A stretch of DNA of 64,000 nucleotides from assembly GCA_028534125.1 (NCBI GenBank), contig CM052821.1, positions 56,296,001-56,360,000 on the forward strand, in the 5' to 3' direction. The notes below the pieces were generated by a model, which was not told the origin of the DNA, made no database searches, and saw only the letters and a program-made list of their open reading frames with translations. A program made the position numbers and the translations under genes. The DNA comes from Lama glama. Taxonomy: Eukaryota. Within the stretch, counting starts at the first letter, position 1. Every line of letters begins with the position of its first letter. Shown here piece after piece: positions 11,591-22,135 of the stretch.

Positions 11591-12379
11591 GGGAGCGGGC
11601 GCTGTGTTCTGTCCCCGCAGTGGGCATCGCCGTCCTGCCGGCTCCAGGGGAGAGGGCTGTGTTTGCCCCCTGCCCCGTCTCCCCCAGTACGGCTCTGCCC
11701 CCAGCGTCAGGCGCTTTTTCACTCCTGTGACTTTAAACCATGTCTCCGCACCTGGCCAGTTTCTCTCCTGGGGTCACGTTGGGGAGACCCAGCCCTCCTG
11801 GCCCCGCTGGGCTTCTAGTCTGCACCTCAGGGCCCAGGAGGCGCACCTGCTGCTCATGAGCCATGAGTGAGTCAGCAAACACACTGCTCTGTGCACGGGG
11901 ACCACGCGCCATCACTCCGGCTGCCCTGCCCTGCGCAGCCCGCACCCCTGGCAGGTGACTGCGGAGCTCGCCTCCGCTGGGCCTGTGGGGAGGAGGGCAC
12001 GCCTGAGTCAGGGACCAGATGTCAGGCGGGTGCGCGGACAGAGGAAAAGGGCTCCAGCCCTCTGCCCCAGCCCCCCACCCCGAGCCCCAGCCGTGGACCC
12101 TGGGTGCCCGGACAGCATCTGTGCGCGGCGGTCCGGGCCCCTCAGATGCTTTCTGTGCTCGTCTGGGGCAGAGTGAGGGTCCACAAGGGGGGTGCCAGGG
12201 CACGTGATCCTGCTGGGGAGGATTCTGAGCACTCTCGGGGGGCAGCGTAAAGCAACCCCGCTTCTCAGAGGCACCAGCCAGGGCTGGAGACCCTCCTGCA
12301 CTGAGGAACCTCGCAGACCAGTACAGAATACGTCATGTTCCATTATCCTGTGAAAAACAGCCAGAGGTTCCTCACAGTT

Positions 12380-14460
12380 CAACACCCCCGTTAGCTGGTA
12401 ATTCAGCGCGGGTTCTCATCTAATGTGACTATATTTTATACAAATTATTTCGGACAAAAACTCAGTCCCTAATAGCATTGATCTTCATAAAATCGTCACC
12501 GAGCATCTTGTCTCGGGCCCGCGCTGCCCTCGCGGCTGCAAATCAAAGAGGAGGGTGGGCTGCAGATGACCCTGTGGCCCGGAGCCCAGGCGGCCTCCCC
12601 GCCTCATCGGGAGGAACCTGCGAGCCCCAGGGAACCCACGTCCAGCGAGGACACGGCGGCCGTTCTGCTGGGTGGGGCGGGCGGGCGGGCGCCCTCGGGT
12701 GGCTCAGCCCTCCGCGCACTGTTTGGGACCATCTGGTTCCCAGGACCCTCCGGGGATGGACCGACGGCCTTCTGGGAAGGCCGGTGGACTTGTGAGCGCG
12801 GCTGGCGGGCACCCGCAGGCACCTGATGGAAGATTTATCGCGACTCTGCGGCTCGGCACGGCCACTGCCCTAATGCGTTACCAGGCTTGTTGAAATATCA
12901 ATTTTGCACATGGCTTCACTCGGCTGCCTGCGGCCCTGCTCAGGACTATTACTTAATTCTTCTGTCATTAAGAAATCCAATCTCTGATTCCAGTGGAATT
13001 GGACGGGCGGGGGGAGGCACAGGCTAATAGACCTCGATCTACCCGCTAATTGTCACTCAAACCCAGAGTGAAGTGCAAAAGGAATCAAGTAAGTCCCAGA
13101 GAAGCTGCGCTGGAGGAAGAGCCAGGGCAGGTTTGGGGTCAGGGCGGCCATCTTCCCTCGGCCTTGAAGGCTCCCTTCCCAAACCCCGACGGAGAAGTGC
13201 AGCTTCACGGGGCTGATTCCCAAGCACCCCTCACCCCTGCGCGGGACTGCGCGGCTCTGCCAGCAGAGCGGCCCTGGGGGACCCTGCTGTCCTTTCCGCT
13301 TTGGCGGCTCACCCCCACCCCTCTGCATCCTCAGCTCAGTGGCAGGGTCACTCAGGGCCCCTTCCCGCTGTCCAAGCTCCTCTCCCTCCTCCCTCTGCCC
13401 AGGATGCCCTTGGAGTGACAGATGACTTTGTCAAGTTCCACCCCCCTCCTCCCCCAGGGAGGTCTGTTGACAAGTTTTCTATATCACAAGCCCCTTTGTA
13501 ATTGAGGACATTAATTTATTTCTCCATCCTGTTAGCTCCATGCTAAGCAGGTCCCAGTCCTTACCCTTCGAAGTTCGTGTTTGCCAACCATTAATCACTT
13601 CCATCTCCCTCCCGAGCCCTTTCCAATAAAAGGATTCGTCTGGAGCACCTGGAGGACTTGCCCACCATCACATCAACGTCTATTCACGGCCAAATGAAAC
13701 AAGGGCAGGCTTTTTTAAAGAATCACTCGCAGCCTAAATGACCGTAAACAACCAATTTTCTCCGCCATCCAGCCTGGAGCTCCCACCACCCCTCACAGGG
13801 CCGGCCGCGGTGGCTCCTCACACCCGAGCTCTTTGTTCCCTGCTGCTGCGCGGAGCAGTTTGGCTCACGTCCAAGCCTCGTACCTGTTTTGGCTCCAGCT
13901 GAAAGTTCCCATTTATATTGTGGGTAGTTTTGAGTAAATGCGCCTAAGACGAGGAGGGGGAGGCGGGCCGGCTGGCACGAAGGCAGAGGGCTGGCCCATG
14001 TCCCCTCTGGGGAACCAGCCTTTCATCATCGGGGTCTCCATAAACCCTGAGGCACCAGCTCCCTGGACATGCGCTCAGGGCCTCGACAAGCTGCTCTTTC
14101 CCAAGTTAAGATGTGCGCCCAGGGCTTCAGCGTCACGCAGAGTCACTGGGGAGGGGGCGCCAACATGAAGCGCTTTGCAGCCGGAGAAGACAGCAAGGTG
14201 AGCTTGGATCCTCGCCCTCAGGCTCCAGAGGTTGGGAGGCGGGGGTGATGCATGGCATGCACAATATCTCTGCCTGTTTGCAGAGTCCAGAGGTCTGGAA
14301 AAGATATGAAAAAAACTGTTTACTGAGAGATTTTTATCAATTGCTGTTTGCGAGGTCAAGAAAATAGGCAAGAATAATTGAAACCCATTTAACTTTGGTT
14401 ATGGTGAAAGTCACCGGGACATGGAAGGCCAGTACGGGAAATGTTGGCAATGTGACTGGC
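12380..14460. promoter_or_regulatory. Cluster of candidate conserved enhancer blocks
   Basis: AT-rich unique blocks at about 12380-12550, 12820-13100, 13410-13940 and 14240-14460. They carry many TAAT cores, TCF ATCAAAG (12542), Meis CTGTCA/TGACAG (12962, 13416), forkhead GTAAACAA (13744) and a YY1-like GCGGCCATCTT (13144). Confidence 0.45.
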
Positions 14461-14489
14461 CTTCATTCATTCCTCTGGCTATCGTCCTT

Positions 14490-14925
14490 GCTTCATCCAT
14501 CCATCCATCATCCATCATCCATCCATCCATCATCCATCCATTCACCCACCATCATCCATCATCCATCCATCATCTATCCACCATCTGTCCATCCACCCAT
14601 CCATCATCCATCCATCCATCCATCCACCCATTCACCCGTCCATCATCTATCCATCATCTGTCCATCCATTCATCCATCCATCATCCATCCATCCATCCAA
14701 CCATTCACCCGTCCTTCTATCCATCATCCATCCTTTCACCCATTCACCTGTCCTTCTATCCACCATCCATCCTTCCACCCATTCACCCATTCTTCTATCC
14801 ATCATCCATCCTTCCACCCATTCACCCGTCCTGCTATCCATCATCTACCCATCCATCCAATCACCCACCCATCATCTATCCATCTAGGCACTTGTCCACC
14901 CATCATCCATTAATCCACCCATTCA
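14490..14925 (+). repeat. Degenerate (CATC/TCCA)n simple repeat with an internal 39-bp higher-order unit
   Basis: The 39-bp unit ccattcacccgtccttctatccatcatccatcctttcac starts at 14701, 14740, 14779 and 14818. Confidence 0.9.
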
Positions 14926-14927
14926 AG

Positions 14928-14992
14928 ACTCCTTCCTCCCTTTCTTTCTTCCTTCTTTCCTTCCTTCCCTCTTCTCTTCCTTTCTTCCCCCT
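14928..14992 (+). repeat. CT-rich low-complexity tract
   Basis: Pure pyrimidine run (CCTT/CTTT). Confidence 0.85.
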
Positions 14993-15168
14993 GGTGTCTT
15001 CTCACCTCCTGGGTGGGTGGGTGGGTGGGGCTGGTCTTTGGGTGTGCTTTAGATCTCCCCAACTTTCTCTGGACCTCACAGTCCCAGTGGCTCTCACCTG
15101 AGGGCTTGGGCACCAGGAGGGGCCGGCCATCTGCTGCCTTTCCCCGTTCCTACTCCTGTCCAGGCTGT

Positions 15169-15189
15169 GGAGCTCTCCGGGGTGCTGAA
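15169..15189 (-). promoter_or_regulatory. RE1/NRSE (REST binding site), canonical spacing
   Basis: Minus strand TTCAGCACCCCGGAGAGCTCC compared with the consensus TTCAGCACCnnGGASAGCKCC. Confidence 0.7.
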
Positions 15190-15199
15190 TTGGATTCGC

Positions 15200-15425
15200 T
15201 GGGACTGGTTAAGAACTCTCTGGGAGAGAAGATGGTGGCTGGGACCCCGCTGACAGTTGAGGGAGGAAGGAGGGGATGAACCTCCAGAGATCTTATAGAA
15301 GGGGGCATCCATCAGGACCTGGATGAGTGGACTCGGTAGCAGCAGAGAGAGGGATCCGAGTGAGGCTCCGGTGCTGGACTTGGAAGAATGGTGGCTGTGG
15401 TGGGCTGGGATGGGAAGAGAAGAAT
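15200..15425 (-). mobile_element. L2 remnant
   Basis: 'gatggtggctgggacc...cagagatcttatagaagg...caggacctggatgagtggact' resembles antisense L2. Confidence 0.5.
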
Positions 15426-15454
15426 GGTTGATTTCATGACACAAGTGACTGATT

Positions 15455-15555
15455 CTCTTTGGACTGTGAGTTCACGAGATCAGGGACTGTGTCCGTCTTG
15501 TTTCCAGTGTATTCCGACGCTGGCACAAATGACAAGAGATACCATTTGAAATGAG
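15455..15555 (+). mobile_element. L2 3' end
   Basis: 'gactgtgagttcacgagatcagggactgtgtccgtcttgtttccagtgtattcc...ctggcaca'. Confidence 0.65.
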
Positions 15556-15864
15556 GAAACACAGCTGGGTTTGCACTGAAGCTGGGACTCAGTGCAGCTG
15601 TGTGTGGCAGGTGACAGCTTCCACCCAGGCTCACAGATGAGGCCCTTCTGCCAGCAGCTACATCAGAAGCTCTCCCATCCACCCACACCTCCAGGCTGGG
15701 ACATGGTCCCATGTGCCCCTCCTTGAAGCCCGAGGTCAGTCACCTGCAGATTCCTGGTGAGAGGTGTGTCCCTTTTCTTCAGAACACCCCAGAATCAACT
15801 TCCATCCTCTCCACTCCTGACGGTCACGCCAACTGTGTGGACACACAAGTTCTACGGGCAGAGG

Positions 15865-16025
15865 CACTCCCGTCCTGGAGTCTTGGTTCCATTGCCTAGT
15901 ACTCCGAGCCTGGGTTTCTGTACCTGAAATTCAGGAAGAGTCATAACTGCTTCGCAAGGTAGCCATGGGGATGGATGCAGTGATGTGCTGTGTGTACCAT
16001 GCCTGGCACAGTATGTGGCTGAGCC
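15865..16025 (+). mobile_element. MIR SINE remnant
   Basis: 'ccgagcctgggtttctgtacctgaaat...catgcctggcacagta' follows the MIR core and tail. Confidence 0.55.
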
Positions 16026-18163
16026 AGGACTCGAAATGCTCATGCTGTTTCTGTCTTTGGGAACCTCCCTGTGTCCCCCCACCCCTGGGACAGTGTGTCT
16101 TGTGTGTGGAATACCCAGGAGATGCTGCTTTGAGGAACCAGCTCATCCCCTTACCTTGTGGATTGGTGACTGTGGGTCTCCATGTGCTTCTGTCCCCTGA
16201 CAGATGGGGAACATCACAGGGTGGGCCCTGTGGGTCTCCACCTGCCATGGAACCTTCCATGTTAATTGGGGGGATGCAAAAGGGCCAGGCTATGGGGACT
16301 CAGGGTTAGCAGGGGCACTGGGGGACAAGACTAGGGCAGGAGTTGGGTGGTTGGGGATTGACTATAGGAGGAGATGCCCCAGTGTCCTGTGTTGTCCCAT
16401 TTTGTCACTGTGCCAGTTAAGCACCATGGTGATCTGACAAGAGAGGTCTTCGTCTGCACAGACAAGGACCTGGGGTCGCAGGGTTTGGGCAGCCTCCCCA
16501 GACTGTCTGTCCTCAGGGGTCACTACAAGGGGCTGAGACCAGGACCATCTGGCCCAGAGCCCAGCTAGGTCTCCAGATGGCCAAGGGTGTCTGGTTTCCT
16601 CAGGAAGGTGGTCCCCCACAGCATCTTCCCAGGAAGGACCAGCAGGACCTTACCCACTGTGGCTGCCAGGGGCTCCCCCCTCACCTGCGCTCTGGGGGCA
16701 TCGTCTGGCAGACGCTCAGCTGTGAGAGCGGCCGGCACACAGATCCCTTTTCCCAAATCAGAAACCACCAGGTTGGCCATCAAGGCACACTGGCTCCCAG
16801 CTGGTGGGAGATGGACACCTCCGGACTTGCTGGAATTTCAAGTGTGAGCCGAGCCAGGGTGGGTCGGCCACGCCAGAGGTCAGAGGCCCGGGGCTGCATT
16901 TCAGCAGGTAAAGACGGGGCTTCTGAATAGTAGAACACAGCCTTACATTCTGTATTTAATGTATCTGCAACACGGGGGGGCAGGGATCAGACGGCAGTGC
17001 CGCCCGGGTCCCTGATGCAGCGGCCAGATCTGCCCTGGCGAGTGCCGGTCTCATCAGATCCGTCTGTTGAAGAATTTCACTGTACAGTGCAGCTGCAGCC
17101 CCACTGAATTAGCTGTCCCACCTCTATACTCCGACCTTTCTGTTTGAAAAAGAAAAAAAAAGGAAAAGATGAAACGGTGTTTCTTTCCCCACTGATTTTG
17201 GTTTAACTGAGATGTAACACTTCCGCCACCTTCCTGGCTGTGAGAGCACTGTGCTCATGAGGACCTCTCAGGTGCCAGGTGCCAGGTGTGCCATCACAGC
17301 CCCCCTCACCCCTTCTCTGCCCAGGAGCTCAGCGGCCCCTCATTTTTCTGCCCCTGTGGCTGGGGTACACAGGGGTTTCGGGGGAGATGGGTGCCCTGCT
17401 GGTCCTGGTCCAGGTTATTTCCACGGACTGGGTAGCTGCTGGACAGTGATGTTAGTCACTGTGGCCCTGACACATGGGGTTGGCCAACATGCCTCGGGCT
17501 CCCGTTCTCTTGGACCCTGACCCTCCAGGGGGTATAGGTCACCTGCCTGGGAGCCAGAGGCATAAGAAGGACTCTTTCACTCCCCTGCGAGCCCCCCAGA
17601 ATGGAGAAAGAGCACAGGGCACCGCTCCCCAAGAATAAGACCCTAACCTCTGGCCAGGTTTCCAAGGCCCCAGGGGACCCAGCCCACACGGACCCAGCAG
17701 ATCGCCCTCCCTCTACCCCCGAGCTGCGCCCACCCATGTGGGGCCCCAGCATTTCCCTTCCCCCCACCAGAGCATGTTGCGAGGGGGCTGCCCCTGGCTT
17801 GGTCGTCCCTCTGCATGGACATCCCATCTCAGAGGTGTCCTCCTGCCCCCGCCCCGGCCCCTCACTCACTCACTGGCTTTGTCCCCTCATCACTGTCTGA
17901 AATCTTTCTGGTGGTAAAAGCTTTGTTTTCCTTTGTTCATCAGGCATCTCTCACCGCTAAGCCCCGCAGAGGCCGAGCCCAGACTCATGTCTGTGGCTTT
18001 ATCCCATCCGGGAGAGCACCTGGTGCGGGGTCGTGAGCAGCAGTTACTTGTGACAGGTTCCAGCTGTGAGATTCCAGTACGCCCATGAGGAAGGCATCCT
18101 TGGTCCGCAGAGCCACAAACAGCCATAAACTTCCAACACATCCTCCTGCCAGCCCACAGGGCT

Positions 18164-18663
18164 NNNNNNNNNNNNNNNNNNNNNNNNNNNNNNNNNNNNN
18201 NNNNNNNNNNNNNNNNNNNNNNNNNNNNNNNNNNNNNNNNNNNNNNNNNNNNNNNNNNNNNNNNNNNNNNNNNNNNNNNNNNNNNNNNNNNNNNNNNNNN
18301 NNNNNNNNNNNNNNNNNNNNNNNNNNNNNNNNNNNNNNNNNNNNNNNNNNNNNNNNNNNNNNNNNNNNNNNNNNNNNNNNNNNNNNNNNNNNNNNNNNNN
18401 NNNNNNNNNNNNNNNNNNNNNNNNNNNNNNNNNNNNNNNNNNNNNNNNNNNNNNNNNNNNNNNNNNNNNNNNNNNNNNNNNNNNNNNNNNNNNNNNNNNN
18501 NNNNNNNNNNNNNNNNNNNNNNNNNNNNNNNNNNNNNNNNNNNNNNNNNNNNNNNNNNNNNNNNNNNNNNNNNNNNNNNNNNNNNNNNNNNNNNNNNNNN
18601 NNNNNNNNNNNNNNNNNNNNNNNNNNNNNNNNNNNNNNNNNNNNNNNNNNNNNNNNNNNNNNN
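18164..18663. other. Assembly gap (500 N)
   Basis: N run. Confidence 1.
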
Positions 18664-18984
18664 TGAGAACCAGCACGCAGACCCCAGACTGGCTGGGACC
18701 AGAAGGCTGGTGATTGAGACTCCCCAGACGTCACCCCGTCACCTCACCACCCGCCAATCAGACAGCTGTGCACGAGCTGACCACACACCCTGGGACCCGC
18801 TCCCTCACACGGTCCTTAAGGACCCCTCCCTGAAAGCCATCAGGGAGCTCGAGTCTTTTGAGTGTGAGCTGCCTGTTCTCCTTGCTTGGTGCCCTGCAAG
18901 AAACTCTGTACTTTCCTTCACCCCAGCCAGGGGTCGGTAGGCTGGCTTTGCTGTGTGAGTGGACCCAAGTCTGGTTTGGTAACA
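18664..18984 (+). mobile_element. ERV1-type LTR, 3' part (5' part lost in the gap)
   Basis: CCAAT box ('ccaatcag'), a TATA-position remnant, a decayed poly(A) signal 'ctgcaagaaac' and the terminus 'ggacccaagtctggtttggtaaca'. Resembles cetartiodactyl ERV1 LTRs from memory. Confidence 0.7.
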
Positions 18985-19390
18985 CAAGTAACATATGGGC
19001 TTATTTAGTCAATAATAAGGTATAAATCTCATTCATTAATTGTCACAAATGCACCATAATAAAGCAACATTTTAGTAACAGGGGAAATTAGGTGGGGGGC
19101 ACATGAGAACTCTGTACTTTCACAATTTTTCCTGTAAACCTAAAACTGTTTAAAAATAAAACGTTCATTTTAAAATGTCTATGCTCAGATATGTTTACTG
19201 AAATGTCACTCATGGTGATGGGGTGGCTCTGTCCCGTAGGAGACATCCAAGCAATGAAACACTACGCAGCCTGGAAAAGCACTGTCAGAAGCTCAGTTAC
19301 ATCCAAAGAGCTCAGATTTTACCTTTAACTGGAAAATGGAATTAAAATCTATAAAGAGATCATTACAACTGCACAAAAATACTGCGTCAA
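18985..19390 (+). mobile_element. L1MC-like 3' end followed by an older L1M fragment
   Basis: 'aattgtcacaaatgcacca...aggggaaatt...gaactctgtactttc...tgtaaacctaaaactg...aataaa' is a typical L1MC terminus. 'catccaagcaatgaaacactacgcagcc' resembles the L1 3' region. Confidence 0.7.
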
Positions 19391-20840
19391 GAAAAACGGA
19401 GGGGGGAGGCATCCCAGCAAGCGCCCAGCTCTCTTTCCTGGAGGGGGCGGGCTCCCCGGGGACCAGCGTGGCTTTGCTGAGAAGTGAGCGCACACACGGT
19501 GTGGCGGGGAGCGCGGGGCCAGCTGGGGCGGAGCTCACGCCAGCCTCCGGAGCAGGGCTCATTGCAGGGGCATGAGGCCGATGTGGCGTCTTGGACCTGA
19601 GCCACAGGAGCCCCTGCGTTTATCACCCCCTGACGTTGTAAATCCTCCCGCCTAGTTTTGCCAAACACACCTTGCTGCACATGCTCAGGGCAGAGAGTGA
19701 ACTTGCACGTCCAGGCCTGGGGACGGGCTTGGGCCTTGGCCCGGTCCAGGTGGCGCCGGCTTCGGGGCTCTGCCCAGAGAGGGTGGCGGAGCCCCCGCGC
19801 CCACAACAGGCTGCGTGCGCTGGTCCCATTACAGGACACCAGCCTGTTCTGCTCTGGAGATTAGAAATTTCCAGAGTAAATCCAGGTCTTGTCTGACACG
19901 ACGTTTTGGAAGCAAGAGCTGAGGAACGTGTGTGCTCCGTGGGAACAGGATAACATGTCGCAGAGCCGCGGTCGTTCCCGGCCCTCCCCTCACCGCTCCC
20001 TGCCCTCAGGGACATGTGTCCTCAGAGCTGCCACCTCCCGGAAACAAGCTGGAGGAGGGGGAGGCGGGTGGGCAGGGCGAGGCCATCGCAGGGAGCCCAC
20101 GTGGACGTCTCCGAGGGCAGGAAGAGGGCTCCGCCTTCTGGCCGCTCTGTCCCTCCTCCGCCGAGGCCGGGATGGGCGCAGAACCCCTGACACCAGGTGA
20201 CCCGCGGTCACTCCCCTCCTGTGAGCCGCACGCAGGGCCCTTAGGGCTGCCCAGCTGGTGGTGGTCCACGGAGTGAGGATCCAGATTCGGAACAGAGATG
20301 TTGCCGGAGTGAGTCGGACTCCGGGCCCCCTGACGTGCAGACAGCCCAGGGGTTGGGAGACCAGGGCACCTGGGAGGACGGTCGGCGCATTTTCAGATGA
20401 GGAGGCTGAAGGCAGGTGTGTGCAGGGCTGCAGGCGGGCACAGGACTCCACCCCCCATGGTTATAGCAGTTTCTTCCACAACAAACGAGGACAGACACTC
20501 TGGCGTCCCTCCTGCTTGCACACGAGGGGCAGAGTGACGAGGTGGACGCGGCGGAGGGCTCAACAAGCGTCCAGGGCCCACCCCACCCGCACGCAGAGGA
20601 CGGGGATAAAGCCTGAGGCTTCCAGAAGCGGGAGGTGAGTGAAAGTGGAAACTCAGGTGGGGGAGCAGCAGGAACAGAGTGGAGGGGGTGGGGCCCACTG
20701 CCGGCTCTGCAGCCGCCAGGCCTAGGCGGGGAGGGACCCAGGCCGAGGACCCCAGCTCTGCCCAGGGAGCGCTGAGTCACTTAGTCACCAGGTCCCGAAC
20801 TTTCAGTTCTCAATAACCACAAATTCCTGGTCATCGTCCA

Positions 20841-20955
20841 CCCCGCCCAGCCCCTCCCCCAGACCCCGGCCCCGCCCAGTCCCTCCCCCAGACCCCGGCC
20901 CCGCCCAGTCCCTCCCCCAGACCCCGGCCCCGCCCAGCCCCTCCCCAGACCCCGG
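20841..20955 (+). repeat. 29-bp GC-rich VNTR x4
   Basis: Unit ccccgcccagYccctcccccagaccccgg at 20841, 20870, 20899 and 20928 (the last is 28 bp). Confidence 0.95.
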
Positions 20956-21449
20956 CCCTGCCCTGCGCCCGGGTGCTCTGCATCTGCGCCTTTAGGGTGG
21001 GCATATCCCAACCCCAAACCCTCCAAGGCTCCACTTGGGGAGAAGTTAAAATCGCCATCGGAAGCTGTAGGGTCCGGCTTGGTCTGATCCAGCTCCACCC
21101 GCCCCACCGCGGGGCCAGCATCACGTCCTGCACTGGGCCCGTCCGGATGTCCCGATGGAGGCACTGAGGGCGGGGTGACAGGGAGAAAAGGAGAGAGAGG
21201 GTGAAGGGGAGGTGGGAGGGCGGAGCGTGGGGGGTCCGGTGGTGGGGGAGGAGCAAGACACACTGTCCTCAGGGGGCAGAGCGTCCACAGGCTCTGGCGG
21301 TCCGTTTCGAAAGGGCCCAAGAGGGTGGCTGGGGAGTAAGTAGTCGTGCTGCTCCGCGGTGAGGACAGGGCCCTGGGCGCAGGCGCTCAGCCCAGCTGCT
21401 CCTCGCCTTCCCCTCCAGCTCCAGCCGCCCGCGTCCCTCTGTCCCTTGT

Positions 21450-21600
21450 CGCCTTTCCAGTCTGTGCTGTGGGTGGTCACTGGATTGTTCTTAAAACCCT
21501 GCTCTGTTCAAAGCCTTCTGGCGACAGCCCCCTGTCCTGCGGGGGTGACGTCCACATTCTCAGCCTGTTCCTCCACCTTCAGGCCCAGCTGGTTCCCTCA
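21450..21600 (+). mobile_element. L2 remnant
   Basis: 'ctctgttcaaagccttctggcgacagcccc...gtccacattctcagcctg' resembles L2. Confidence 0.45.
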
Positions 21601-21667
21601 TGACAGCCAGACCCCAACGTCCTATGTGGGATTACAAAACTCCCCAGAGCCAGGACACAGGGTCCTG

Positions 21668-21956
21668 NNNNNNNNNNNNNNNNNNNNNNNNNNNNNNNNN
21701 NNNNNNNNNNNNNNNNNNNNNNNNNNNNNNNNNNNNNNNNNNNNNNNNNNNNNNNNNNNNNNNNNNNNNNNNNNNNNNNNNNNNNNNNNNNNNNNNNNNN
21801 NNNNNNNNNNNNNNNNNNNNNNNNNNNNNNNNNNNNNNNNNNNNNNNNNNNNNNNNNNNNNNNNNNNNNNNNNNNNNNNNNNNNNNNNNNNNNNNNNNNN
21901 NNNNNNNNNNNNNNNNNNNNNNNNNNNNNNNNNNNNNNNNNNNNNNNNNNNNNNNN
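21668..21956. other. Assembly gap (289 N)
   Basis: N run. Confidence 1.
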
Positions 21957-22135
21957 AGGAAGAAGGGAGGGAAGGGAGGGAAGGGAGGAGGGGAGGGGGG
22001 TTGATTACAGGCTAGATAGATGGTAGAGACAGACAGACAGACAGACAGGTGGATAGGCAGGTAGATGGTAGACACATCTCTACTTATAGCCGTGGCTGCA
22101 TCTTCACACGTGTGTATGTGTGTATGTGTCTGTGT
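21957..22135 (+). repeat. Compound simple repeats: (GGGA/GGAA)n, (GACA/GATA)n, (TG)n-like
   Basis: Directly visible next to the gap. Confidence 0.85.

Noticed and set aside
14395-15101. His/Pro/Ser/Ile-rich ORFs
   Set aside because: Translations of the (CATC)n simple repeat.
17985-18734. ORFs spanning N runs (also 21359-22075 and 58584-58853)
   Set aside because: Artefacts of assembly gaps.
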